Under the pieces are notes generated by a model, which was given only the letters and a program-made list of their open reading frames with translations, was not told where the DNA came from and did not search any database. A DNA stretch of 64,000 bases from Octopus sinensis (taxonomy: Eukaryota): the NCBI RefSeq assembly GCF_006345805.1, contig NC_043003.1:27962001-28026000 (forward strand). The letters run 5' to 3'. Position 1 is the stretch's first letter, and each line of letters starts with the position of its first letter. The position numbers and the translations under genes are program-made. Positions 52,290-64,000 of this stretch are shown piece after piece.

Positions 52290-52535
52290 GTAGTCCACTT
52301 ATTCAGAGTAAACCTCACACAAAATGTCCCAGATGATTTGCTGTCCCCAAGGCATGGGAAGTGATGTCTTCCAGTTTTTTACCTTGATTTGTCCTTTTCT
52401 GGATACAGCCTAGGATGTATGTGTGGGGCTGCAACACCATTCCAGAACTGAAAGCAATATTTCATTGTTGTCCTCACCTGAGTTTTGTTAAATATCAAAA
52501 ATTCTTGGGAGCTGAAGTATCTAAAACCCAAAGAT
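52290..52535 (-). mobile_element. Decayed LINE (CR1/Jockey-group) reverse-transcriptase C-terminal fragment
   Basis: Minus strand reads YFSSQEFLIFNKTQVRTTMKYCFQFWNG...(frameshift)ILGCIQKRT, matching the LL.LYKAQVRP.MEYC..IW...LDRIQ.RA pattern. Confidence 0.7.
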
Positions 52536-54157
52536 GTTAAGATATTGGTGTGTATAACAGCAGTACTATCTCAGGCCCCAGTATGTTTATGTGTGTGTGT
52601 GTGTATGTGTGTGCATGTGTGTGTGTAAGTAACAGTATCATCTCAAGGTCAGCCCCAGGATGTATGTGTCTGTTGCAACAATACCTTCTCAGGTATGTGA
52701 TTCATATTCCAATTTTGGTCTCTCAGAAGGGTGAGCCATATGCGAGGGACTAATGTAGTTTCTGTCCTTAAAGAGAAGTCCTAACCTGCCTCTCCTCTAT
52801 AACTCAGTGCGACGCTTCCATATACAAGAACTAGAGAGGGATGCCTCTATATAGTTGCTCACCCTGCTAAAAATACCAGCAAAATCTATTTCTTTCTCGC
52901 CGCATAAATCCATCTAAGAAAATAACACATTGGCTAATACCACTCTGGCTTCCCTCCATGTAAAGAAAAATGAAATGGTCATACACACACATGTACCTAC
53001 CCACATATGTACATATTCACATATACATGTATACTCACACACACACATGTTAATATCGAACAATGAGAATGAGTGTTCCTTTTTCTTTCCATGTTTTAAT
53101 CTAAAATGGAGATCAACACTGATGTTCCATGTAATATACTTGATAATTGTTGAGGGACTTCCCTTTACATGAAACCAATAGTAGCCTAGGCCCATAAATA
53201 AGATAACACACATGCACACACACACTCGCACACGTACATGCAGAAGTGTGCATGTATATACCCTACAGGCCTTAAACTACTTAGAATTATATAATTACAA
53301 GCTGGGATAATACAATAGATATAACCTGTGCACTGTTTTCCTTTTTGTTCATTTGTCAGCTCTATATTAGCTGCACGTGTATATGTGTGTATGTATGTCT
53401 CTCTCTGTATGAATGTGGCTCTGTATAGGCATGTGTGTGTGTGTGTGTGTGTGTATGTTGGTTGCATGGAGTACTGTATCACCATCATTATCATCTCATA
53501 TGCACCCCAACCATCCTTTCTCTTCCTTTATCCCTATTCTCTCTCTGTACCTTGAGGGCAGTGCCTCTCAATCTCTCTCTCTTTCTCTCTGTCTCTCTTA
53601 CTGGGATCTTCTCCTCAGTAAGGCACCTGCCTCTCTATCATACTTTCACTTTCCTTAATCCTGTACACTGTGTATGTATGTGATTATGTACGTGTGCCTG
53701 TGTGTCCCTCTGTGTGTGTACAATATAATAGTATCTGATACACATTGCATTTATGGATTAACAAGTGTTGTTGCTGTTTATCTTGTTTGTCATTCCAGCC
53801 GTCATTAGAAGACATGATGGCATCTTGATGATTATAGAATGTGTGTGTGTATGGAACACACACACACACACACGCATGCATGTATCTAACTATCTATCGA
53901 TTTATCCATCCATCCATCTGTATATAATCGTATATATATATATATATATATATATAAATTTATGTATCTATCTAGGTGCAATATAATTCCATAAAAGCAT
54001 CACTAAATGTGACAAAGGGTGCTGACACACCTACATTGCTAGAAATAGGAGTAAAATGCTCCTTGTGCTGTAGAAAGAGCACAAATGTATACACATACTT
54101 TGATAGGGGAGGAAAACCATCCCATGACTAAATCAAGAATCTCTTAGACTACATAAA

Positions 54158-54214
<57 letters not shown>

Positions 54215-54785
54215 GTATGTATATAAAATCATCATCATCAGTTTAATGTCTGTTTTTTTCCCAGCTGAAGGAAGTTTTTTGAGGCAAATTTCCAGTGGCC
54301 TGTCACCGACCCTCACTTGTTTCCAAGTAGGGTAATATTTCCCCATGGCCAGACCTGTTTCCATAGAATATCTGTAATGAACGACACTGCTTTTATGACT
54401 GTGACACTCATTTACAACTACCACATGATGACAAGACAAGTACATTCACACATGTGCACGCATACACACATGCACACTCACATGTATGCATCACCGTCAT
54501 TGTGTTTAACATCCAGTGTCCCATGCTTCTAGAGATCAAATGGAGTTTATTGAAGCTGATTTTTTTTTTTACATCTTGATGTTCTTTCTATCACTAACCC
54601 ACATCTGTTTCCAAATAAGTTAAATTTTTCCCCATGACCAGACGGGACCGGACCGGACCAGACATGTTTTCATGGAAGATTGCAAAGAAATGACAACACT
54701 TGTATGATGAAGATAGTTGATAACAATTGGCTGATGTCAGGACAAGGAGAGACACATACATGTATATGCACATACACACTTAATA

Positions 54786-54841
<56 letters not shown>

Positions 54842-54843
<2 letters not shown>

Positions 54844-55077
54844 AGGGGGTGCTGAAAAGTTCCTAGCTTTAAGGGTGTTGCGGAAGGTCTGGTTTGAGAC
54901 CCAACCTTCTGAGTTCTTTTCCAGGTTCTTTTACAGGGCTTAGAAAAACTGAAGGACCACTGCAGTGTGTGTGTGTGTATGAATGTTAGAGGGGAATATA
55001 TTGAATAATACCATAATTAACTGATTCTCCTGTATTTTCTTGTACCCAAAGCCAGGAATTTTCCAGCACCCCTCTCA
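54842..55077 (+). mobile_element. Mariner-derived MITE
   Basis: TIRs gggggtgctgaaaagttcctagcttt and aaagccaggaattttccagcacccc. The interior keeps the transposase C-terminus (GLEKLKDHCS...RGEYIE*). Confidence 0.8.
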
Positions 55078-55237
55078 TATACATCAAAACAGAAAGTTTA
55101 CTAGATTGCAATACTGGAATAAACAAATGTAATTTCAAAAGGACACAGCTTGGATTTTACTCTGCCCACAAATTATATACATACATATATACACACACAC
55201 ATTACATTCACCTGTATGCATGCACAGACATATATAT

Positions 55238-55377
55238 AATTTATAAACAAGGACAAAAGAAAAAATATTTCTATGCTAATATAGATTGTATATTGTAATG
55301 TGGGGATTGATGATTTAAAGTCTATTCTCAGCATATTGGCATAAAAATATTTTTTCTTTTGCCCTTGTTTATAAATT
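55238..55377. repeat. Hairpin/MITE: 45-bp inverted arms with a 50-nt spacer
   Basis: 55238-55282 versus 55333-55377, 3 mismatches. Confidence 0.85.
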
Positions 55378-57986
55378 GTTTATAATTTTCAGCTTTAAAG
55401 GTATTTTAATATGCTGTCACTTTTGACACACACACACACAATAGCCTTCTTTCAATTTCCATCTTCTAAATTCACTCACAAAGCTTTGCTTGGCCTGGAA
55501 CTATAATAGACGACACATGCCCAGTGCCCAAGATGTTGTGCAGTGGCATTGAATTTGAAACTATGTAGTTGGGAAGTGAGCTTCTTAACCATTCAGCCAC
55601 ATGTAGATATTTATATGAGGAAATGCTTAAACTGAAGGACTTCACACCATCCCTTTATTGAAACAGGCTTTTCTCAAACTCTGACTTCCTTATTCTCTAG
55701 TACTTCTCTAGGTACTTTCTCTGTCCTTATCTTAGATCTAAAAGTTCTTTCTTTTTTCTACCGCACTCCCTCTGTCCACACCCCACTTAACTGTCTGAGG
55801 GCTGAGAGAAGTGTGAGGTGGCTCACTTCACACTCCTTCCTCCTTGCTGACTCTAATAGTACTTATCTACTTGATTATTAGGGTATCCTCATAGCTAGAG
55901 TGAGGTCATGAACTACTCCTCCCCCTCTGTCCTGTCCGTCTTTGCGGTTATGTATTATTAGCATTTTGGAAGGCAAGTGACCTCGTGGTTAATCTCTTGG
56001 ACTCAGAATTATCACATTTCAGGTTCAATTGCCAAACTGGGTTGTTTGTATATCGGGTCTTTTGTACAAGACATTTTGTGTTGCTGCAGTTGAATTGGTA
56101 TCATTGTTAGAGCATTGAACAAAATGTCTTACAGTGTTTGTTTTGACTCACTCAGCCAGTGGTTCTCAACTGGGGTCCTTATGACCTTTGGGGGTCCATG
56201 AAAGATTTTGTTGTTAAAATTTATGTGCAGTAAGTTTTACTTCTACAATACACAAAATGTTTTAACAATTTTTTAAATACAATTCCTAATAATGATTTCT
56301 AAATTTGGCTCAAGGCCAGCAAGCTTGAGGGAGATTTAAGTCCATTACATTGATCTCTGTTCAACTGGTACTTATTTGATCAATCTTGGTGGAAAATAGA
56401 ATTTCACTTAACTGAAAATAGAATTTCATCTGCTGTAGAATATTGCCATGTAGATATTAGCCCAAATTCTTGCAAATTTAACATGTTGCAACATATTAGA
56501 TTATCATCAATAGCATTATTTTAATGTCCACTTTTCCATGCTTGCATGAGTCAGATGGAATTTGTTGAGGCAGATTTTCTACAGCTGGATGCCCTTCATG
56601 TTGCTAACCTCCACCTGTTTTTAAGTAAGATAATATTTGCCCATGACAAGGTGTATTTTCACAGAAGATTGGAATTGAAGGACACCACTTGCATGATGGT
56701 GACATTACAGCTATCACAAGGAGATAGTAACATATGTGCACACACATGTGTATACATACATATATGACAAGCTTCTTTCAGTTTCCACCTACCAAATCCA
56801 TTCACAAGACTTTGGTTGGCCTGGGACTATGGAAGAAGCCACTTGTCCATGGTACCATGTAGAGGGACTAAACTTGAAACCATGTGGTTGGGAAGCAAAC
56901 TTCTTACCACATGGCCACATTTGTGCTTGTACCATGCCTTCACCTATCAAACATTGTTGGTGCCATCACTGAAAACTGGGTCTTTGGATATTGTTTTTGT
57001 CAAGGACCCCTCCCCATTTTTGTTTTCTTATTGGCTTCAGTCATTGGGATGTGGCCATGCTAGGGGTACCGCCTTCAAGGGTTTATAGTTGATCACTTAT
57101 TTTATTGATCTGTGTTTGATGAACTGCTAAATGATAGGACATAATGGAATATGACTTAAGCACAACACTGGTTTTAACAAACCAGTATAAACATAAATGT
57201 GGATGCAGATGGACACACATGGGTGTATGTGTTTTCGTGTGTGTGTGTGTTTGTGTGTGTGTGTGTAAGTGCAGTATAGCTGAATGGGTGAAAAATTTAC
57301 TTTGCAATCATGGTGTCTCTGGTTCAGTCCTACACCATAGCACCTTTGACAAATGTTATTTTCTATTACCGTGGGTTAGCCTGGTAGATGAAAATTGTAT
57401 AGAAGTTCATCAGGTGCAGTGTACTCATAATTTAAAAGTACAACTTTGTTACACACTGTTACACTGATTCTGCCTGAGAATTTAAGTTAAGGGTACACAT
57501 GTTTGTGGAATACTCGGCCACTTATGTGTTACACGAGGAGTAGGTAATTTAGTTGATCAAACAACTGAAACCTCATAATCAAAGAATAAAGTTTCACCTT
57601 TGTGTGTTTGTGTATTATCATTATCATTATTTAACATCCATTTTCCGTGCTGGCATAGGTTGGATAGTTGACAGGAGCTGGCAGGCCAGAGGACTGCACC
57701 AGACTTTACTGTCTGTTTTGGCAGAGGCTTTATGGTTGGATGCCTTTCCTAACACCAACTACCTTACTGAGTGGACTATATATATATATATAAGTTAGAA
57801 TGTTATAATACATATATATATATATGTGTACACATACATACATACATATGCACACATATATGTGTATAAAAGGTTGAATGTAGATTCATCCCTTAATTGG
57901 AGTGGTTTCCCAAAAGATTTCTGACGTTGATTCTTCATACTTTTTGATATGAAAAGTAGTATTAGAATATTAAGTGTATGATTAAT

Positions 57987-58336
57987 TTATGAAATGAAGT
58001 TCTACAAATCCAATCATATTTGTCAAAAATGGAGGCGATAAGATGTTAAAAAGTTGTAAGAAGTTGTGGTTTAATAATTAACATGACTCCCATCACTATT
58101 ATACATAGAAAGGAACAGATAAATATGAAACTCATAAATCCAGCTTCTCTGCTTTTTTTAAAGTTACTAGTATTTTTTCTCTGTACTGATGAGTACTATG
58201 ATAATTTCCAAATTCAAATATGAATATCTATGTATGAAACAGTTGTATGCATGAATAAACTTCTTACAACTTTTTAACATCTTATCTCCTCCATTTTTGA
58301 TAAATATGATTGGATTTGTATAACTTCATTCCATAA
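57987..58336. mobile_element. Fold-back MITE with 79-bp terminal inverted repeats
   Basis: 57987-58065 versus 58258-58336, about 4 mismatches, with a ~190-nt interior. Confidence 0.8.
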
Positions 58337-59100
58337 TCACAATTTTCATCATGTTTTGATGTCCATGCTGGATCTGAGGACTGTATTGTACTCCAGTGTC
58401 TGCTTTGTCATGTTTTCTATGCCTGGATATCTTTTTTTGTGACAACAGCATTAATGAAATTGGCATGCAACTCACAAGACTAGGTTCCCCTTCAACTTAG
58501 TGAGGTTACAGTAGAGAAGGAGACAGCTTTATGCTAAGAGAAGAGAGGTTGAAGTATCAAAGAAGGGGCCAGAACAAGTTTGTTGCAGTAAAGGAATTAC
58601 ATGGGTACTCATATTATACACACACACACACACATATATACGTGTGTGTGTGTGTGTAGTGTCAGTGGTAGAAGTTTGCTTCCCACTATATGGTTCCAGG
58701 TTCAGTTCCACTGCAAAGCACCTTGGATAAGTGTCTTCTACTATAGCTCCAGGCCAGCCAAAGCCTTGTCAGTGGGTTTAGTAGATGGAATCTAAAAGAA
58801 ACCCATCACGTGTGGGTGTGAGCATATGTGTGTGTGTGTGTGTGTGCCACCGCTGCCACCACCGTTTGACAACAATGTTTTGTTTCTGTCCGTGTAACTT
58901 ACCAGTTTAGCTTAAGAGACTAAAACAATATGTACCGGTCTTAAAAAAAGCTAAACTATCGTCTTCTCACTTCTATGTTGAGTATATTTGGTATGTAGTT
59001 TGTGTGTGTGTACATATATATTTATACACTCACACACACATACATACACACATAGATATATACATGTCTTTCTGTTTCTATCTCTAATTCTTACAGATAT

Positions 59101-59136
<36 letters not shown>

Positions 59137-59393
59137 ATATGCACACACATAATATGTGTGTAATCTGCTAGCTTGCCAAGTCTGCAAAACAAGTTCACTT
59201 CCCTGTTGTAACTATTTGACTTATCCTGCTAATAACCTTTGTCAAAGGCATGAATGTCACCAGTTCTCTCCTTTCATTCTCTGAAGACAAAAGAACAACT
59301 GATTTCTCTGTTAAATAATTTTACAGAGCAGTGTGTGTGACAAGAATATATATTCATCATATGCATGTTTTATATACGTACATACATTATATT

Positions 59394-59450
<57 letters not shown>

Positions 59451-60028
59451 TACACACACACACATATATCTTATATATAGTCATAGGTCTACCTTAGTTC
59501 TTAAGCTAGGACAACCTTCAGATATGTAACATAGGTAAAGTGTTTGAAGGAAGAATGTTTGTAAGCTAATTTATATATTTGTGATGTACATCCTTTTTCT
59601 TTAATATGATTCTGAACTTCAAACTGTTAGAGAGTTAGAGCATGCTTAGGTGTTTATTCATTATTCACAAGAAATAAGGTAGGAAAACTATAAACTTTTA
59701 CTTATTTACTTAACATATTCTGAACCTCAAAAATAAGTTATTTTTTAAAAAGTGGAATTGAGGCATAAGCAAAATATATTTGAATTAAAATACCTTCCCA
59801 CTTGTGTTACAGTGTAGGTAAGCGTTTCTCAACCGGGGTTCCCCAGAACCCTGGAGTTCCATGAGAAAGAATGAGATAATCTTATGCTAATTTTATGATT
59901 GTAGTATTTACTATACATGCACAACATACTATTGGTTATTGTAATATAGACATCCTATATTGTGTTATAAAAAAAAATATAACCTATTATAATACCTATT
60001 ATGTTATAAAAAAAAAATAACAACCATT

Positions 60029-60094
<66 letters not shown>

Positions 60095-60095
<1 letters not shown>

Positions 60096-60348
60096 GAGGT
60101 GCGTGGCTTAGTGGTTAGGGCGTCAGCATCATGATCGTAAGATTGTGGTTTCGATTCCTGGACCGGGCGACGCATTGTGTTCTTGAGCAAAACACTTCAT
60201 TTCACATTGCTCCAGTCCACTCAGCTGGCAAAAATGAGTAACGCTGCGATGGACTGGGGTCCCATCCAGCTGGGGGACACATATGCCATAGAAACTGGGA
60301 AACCGAGCCCACGAACCTGGCTAGGCTTTAAAAGGGCGCATTTATTTT

Positions 60349-60352
<4 letters not shown>
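60095..60352 (+). mobile_element. Young family C tRNA SINE
   Basis: A-box tggcttagtgg, B-box ggtttcgattcc, central block ttgtgttcttgagcaaaacac, and TTTA-type tail. Confidence 0.85.
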
Positions 60353-60385
<33 letters not shown>

Positions 60386-60386
<1 letters not shown>

Positions 60387-60877
60387 CTAGCAGTATCGCC
60401 CGGCGTTACTCGGGTTTGTAAGGGAAATAACTATATAAGCATTTTTAGAGAGTTACTTCCCTTATAAATTCGGGCTTTCTTAGCCATTTTTGTTTTGGTG
60501 TCTTCAAGCCATGAGGACGCTGGTTTCCTTCACAACACATTACGACGTTGATTTCTTTACACTCCCTTCTCCACAGCTTCACGAGGGAGGGAAGGGGGAG
60601 AAGCAAACAGGTGCAGCTGTGAGCGTGGATGCCAACTCCGCCGCCATCGACACACGATGCATTTTATGCATTAAAATGGAATAAAAAATGATGTTAAATT
60701 ATTTTTAAAATCGTAGACTCATCGTTGACGCGCGCTAATAGTCAGACGGGCTCGATATGAATCACGACTATAAGATACCCGAATTTGGTTAAACTGCACC
60801 GCAAAATGTGGGAGGAGTTAGGAATCTAAATCGAAGGGGACAGACACTCACACAACTAGAGTTTTATATATATAGAT
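60386..60877 (+). mobile_element. Non-autonomous Helitron-like (Lep1/HINE-style) element
   Basis: Begins ACTAG followed by the subterminal hairpin cccgg-cgttac-tcggg and ends ...tttatatatatagat. CpG-rich, inserted in a TA run with no TSD. Confidence 0.6.
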
Positions 60878-61959
60878 GTGTGTGTGTGTATGTATGATAT
60901 TCACCATGTGAACTACAATGAAAAAATATGAGAAATATATGGTATATAATTTTTTTTTGTGCAGGGCTTCCTTGGGACATGTAATTTATTTTAAGGATTA
61001 CACAAGGGTAAGAAGGTTGAGAACCACTGGTGTGGGTACATCCTATGCTTGCTGGACCTCTGGTAAAGAAACACAGTGTTTAGCTTTGACTAAGTTATTA
61101 TATGAGTATGTTTGTTAGTGTCTAAGTTGTGCATAGCAAGGCTGGGGACTCATTGCTAATTTCAGCATTTTTATGTTCTTAATTTTCTTAGAATTTAAAT
61201 CTTTGTTCCCTAACTAGGGATTTCTGGAACATGTTAGTATCAAATGGGACAAATTTGCTAACCAGACAGACCCTTCAAACCAGGACTGTCTTAGTGGAAC
61301 TAGTATGCATGGTAAACCTGTATGTATGCATGTATGTGTGTTTGTTGTCTTCACATTGTATGCTAATTGTAAACAAATGTCACCGTCATACAAATGGTGT
61401 TGTTTGTTAGCTTGCAATCTTCTACAAAAACATACTGATTTCTCCTTCACATCTTCCAAATTTGTTTTTCCTTCCCGCTTTTTCTGCCTCTTATTTTCAC
61501 CTATTCACTGACAGTCATTTTGTTGCATTTTTGTTGCAACGAGTTGCAGGGGTGTTTTTTAAGGTTTACTGTTGCAATTTTCTGCACCTTTTTCTGTTTT
61601 ATCCCATTCCATTATTTTTCTTTCATTCACACTGCATTGAGCTGTCCTTGTTTGAAGGATTAGGGGAAAATAGTAGCTTGCTTTGAAACAGTTGTAGGTT
61701 GGTGACAAGAAGTGTATCTAGCCATAGAAACTTTGTCCCCAACAAAATTAATCTATCCAATGCTAGCATGGAAAAGTGGACATTAAACTGATGATAATGA
61801 TGACAATCTTAAATATTCCTTTCTATTAAAGGCACAAGGCCAGATCTTTTGATGGGAGGGGACTAGTCAATTACATCAACCCCAGTGTTTCACTGGTACT
61901 TGATGAAAGGCAAAGTTGACCTCAGCAATTTTTGAACCCAGAACATGAAGACAGACAAT

Positions 61960-62185
61960 ATACCTATTTCTTTACTGCCCACAAGGGGCTACACACAGAG
62001 GCGACAAACAAGGACAGACAAATGGATTGTCGATTATATCGACCTCAGTGCGTAACTGGTACTTATTTAATCGACCCCAAAAGGATGAAAGGCAAAGTCG
62101 ACCTCGGCGGAATTTGAACTCAGAACGTAGCGGCAGACGAAATACTTCTAAGCATTTTGCCCGGTATGCTAACAATTCTACCAGC
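61960..62185 (-). mobile_element. Meta-type SINE
   Basis: Reverse-complement homologue of 21531-21758. Confidence 0.85.
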
Positions 62186-62629
62186 TTGCTACCCTTTCTT
62201 TTTTATTTCTCTTTCACATCTTCCAAATTTTTTTTCCTTCTCTCTCTTTCTGCCTCTCATATTCACCTACTCACTGACAGTGTTTTGTTGCATTTTTTTT
62301 TTTTGCTGTAACGGGGTCGCAGGGGTTTGTTTAAAGGGGTTAAGTTTACTTTTTACAATTTTCTACACCTTTTCGTGTTTCATCCCATTCCATTATTTTT
62401 CTTTCATTCATTACAGAACTTTCATTATTTGATTCTTCCTTCTCTTTCATTCCTTCATTCTTTTACCTGACCCCCACCAGTTTCACTCCTCCTTTTCTTT
62501 CATTCTCTTCTCCTTTACAATCTCTTCATTAATCCATTTTTTCCTGTCATCTGTTCCCTCCAGTCCAGTTATCCTTGTTCACTCCACTCGTACTTCTTTG
62601 ACTCAGCTCACACTCTCTCTCTCTCCTCA

Positions 62630-62990
62630 CACTCATCACCCTCATTCATTCACACTCAATCACTTCACTTACCTTAGTTCTCGCCACTCATCCTTGATCA
62701 CTCTACTCACCCTCGATCATTCACCCTCAATCACTCCACTCGCCTTCGATCACTCTGCTTACCCTCGTCCACTCCACCCACCCTCAATCACTCCACGTTT
62801 GCTCATTCTACTCTCTTCACACCACTTGCACATGATCACTCCACTTACCCCATTGCTCTGCATCTGCCCTTGATCACTATACTCACCCTCGTTCACTCCA
62901 CTCACTCTTGTCCATTCCGGTCCTGCTCAACTCCTGTCCCCAATCACTCAACGTACCCTTGGTCACTCAACTCACTTTTGTTCCTCCCAC
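62630..62990. repeat. Degenerate ~20-bp C/T/A-rich minisatellite
   Basis: Recurrent ccctc(g/a)atcactccact(c)-like units. Confidence 0.6.
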
Positions 62991-63054
62991 TTACACTCAC
63001 TCCCCCCCCCCCACCTTCGATTATTCTTTTGCCCTCTTTAATTCCATTCACATT

Positions 63055-63870
63055 ACCCACAATGTCGAACAGGCATAGGCAGCGCCGTTTTCCCCCCAAT
63101 GCAGGTCGCATGAGACATAGCTCATTATCAGACAAGCTGCACAACTGAAAAAAAAAGGCAATTTTACGTTAGGTGTGCATGTGGCCCGTGCGCCACAGGT
63201 TGCCCATAACTTCTGTAAAAAAAAAGAAAAAAAAAGAAAACTTGCTCTGATATCTTTTTCCCCTCATCTTCCTTTCTTACAATGGACACGAACTTTCTCT
63301 TCCACCTCCCACAGCAGTGCGAGGGAGCCACTACGTTGTTGCTCGATTTTGCTAGAAATAGCAGCTCAATCTACCTCAAATTACATCATGCCATCTTAAA
63401 TAATGATAATAAAAATAATAATAATAAGCGTTGAATGGTGCATAGTTGATATGGGTAACCTTTCTCGAGAAATGGGCCGCACGAGACATTGTTTGTCATC
63501 AGGCGGGCCGCACTAGTAAGAATTTCAAAGTAAATTTTCGCTAGCGCGCCATTTAGAAGATCTCGTTTGTTTATGACTGATGTAGAGCTTGATATATATA
63601 TATATAAAAAAAAGGCATGTGATGGTCACGGTTGGTATATCGTTCATCGCAGGTCTGTGCGATCAGGATTACCTGGTGCTACACAACAGTAGTTTCAAAT
63701 AAGCAACGACGCGGGCCAACGGGGCAGCCCACTACGTGGTCGATCGACTTTCGAGAAATAATAACTAAATCTCCCTCTATTATTAGAAAAGTAAGTGTCA
63801 TAAGATAAGGTAGTTGTCGATACACTATGTCTGAATTTAAAAGACGAGAATATCGTCGATTGTTGAGGTC
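63055..63870. promoter_or_regulatory. CpG-rich island, candidate promoter or 5' exon region
   Basis: CpGs are visibly denser than in old repeats elsewhere. YY1-like aaatggcg on the minus strand near 63547-63554, plus minus-strand splice-like signals. Part of the region is hAT-end-like and interspersed-repeat remnants. Confidence 0.35.
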
Positions 63871-64000
63871 TACTCAGTCAGGTCTGACCTGGGGTTAAAC
63901 AATACTAACAAGGTGGGCCGAGGGAGGATTAATCAACACGGGATGATATAGCCTGGGATTCATAGTGTTTGGGGGGGGGGATAAAAACGATATAGTCATG

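Larger units (their letters stand above)
59820..61029. mobile_element. hAT-type element hosting nested insertions
   Basis: Left end aagcgtttctcaacc and right end ggttgagaaccactg. Flanks gtgtaggt (59812-19) and gtgtgggt (61030-37) form an 8-bp TSD with 1 mismatch. Confidence 0.7.

Noticed and set aside
261-63399. The many 60-200-aa ORFs rich in H/T/Y/I/C/V/M
   Set aside because: They are translations of (CA)n, (TA)n, (TG)n, (CT)n and trinucleotide repeats, open in several frames at once, with no domain signal.

Overview
AT-rich animal genomic DNA packed with microsatellites and short interspersed repeats. The SINE repertoire and repeat style suggest an octopus; this is inferred from recognising the repeats, not from a database search. 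The only clear protein-coding sequence is an intronless 547-aa orphan 7TM/GPCR-like ORF on the minus strand (4466-6109). It lacks the canonical class A motifs and has a ~215-aa third intracellular loop. The rest is mostly several tRNA-headed or RTE-tailed SINE families, hAT, piggyBac-like and mariner MITEs (often nested), an internally deleted mariner, a Helitron-like element, decayed LINE pieces, fold-back elements, minisatellites and microsatellites. Nearly all other ORFs in the track are artefacts of simple repeats. The most interesting signals are: (1) short Penelope-like elements ending at (TA)n that carry variant minimal hammerhead-ribozyme folds with compensatory changes between subfamilies; (2) a possible distant minus-strand 5' exon at 63057-63144, in a CpG-rich island, that would splice in frame onto the receptor across a ~57-kb intron; (3) the atypical receptor itself; (4) an unannotated exon-like island with a FABP-like motif near 49.8-50.0 kb.
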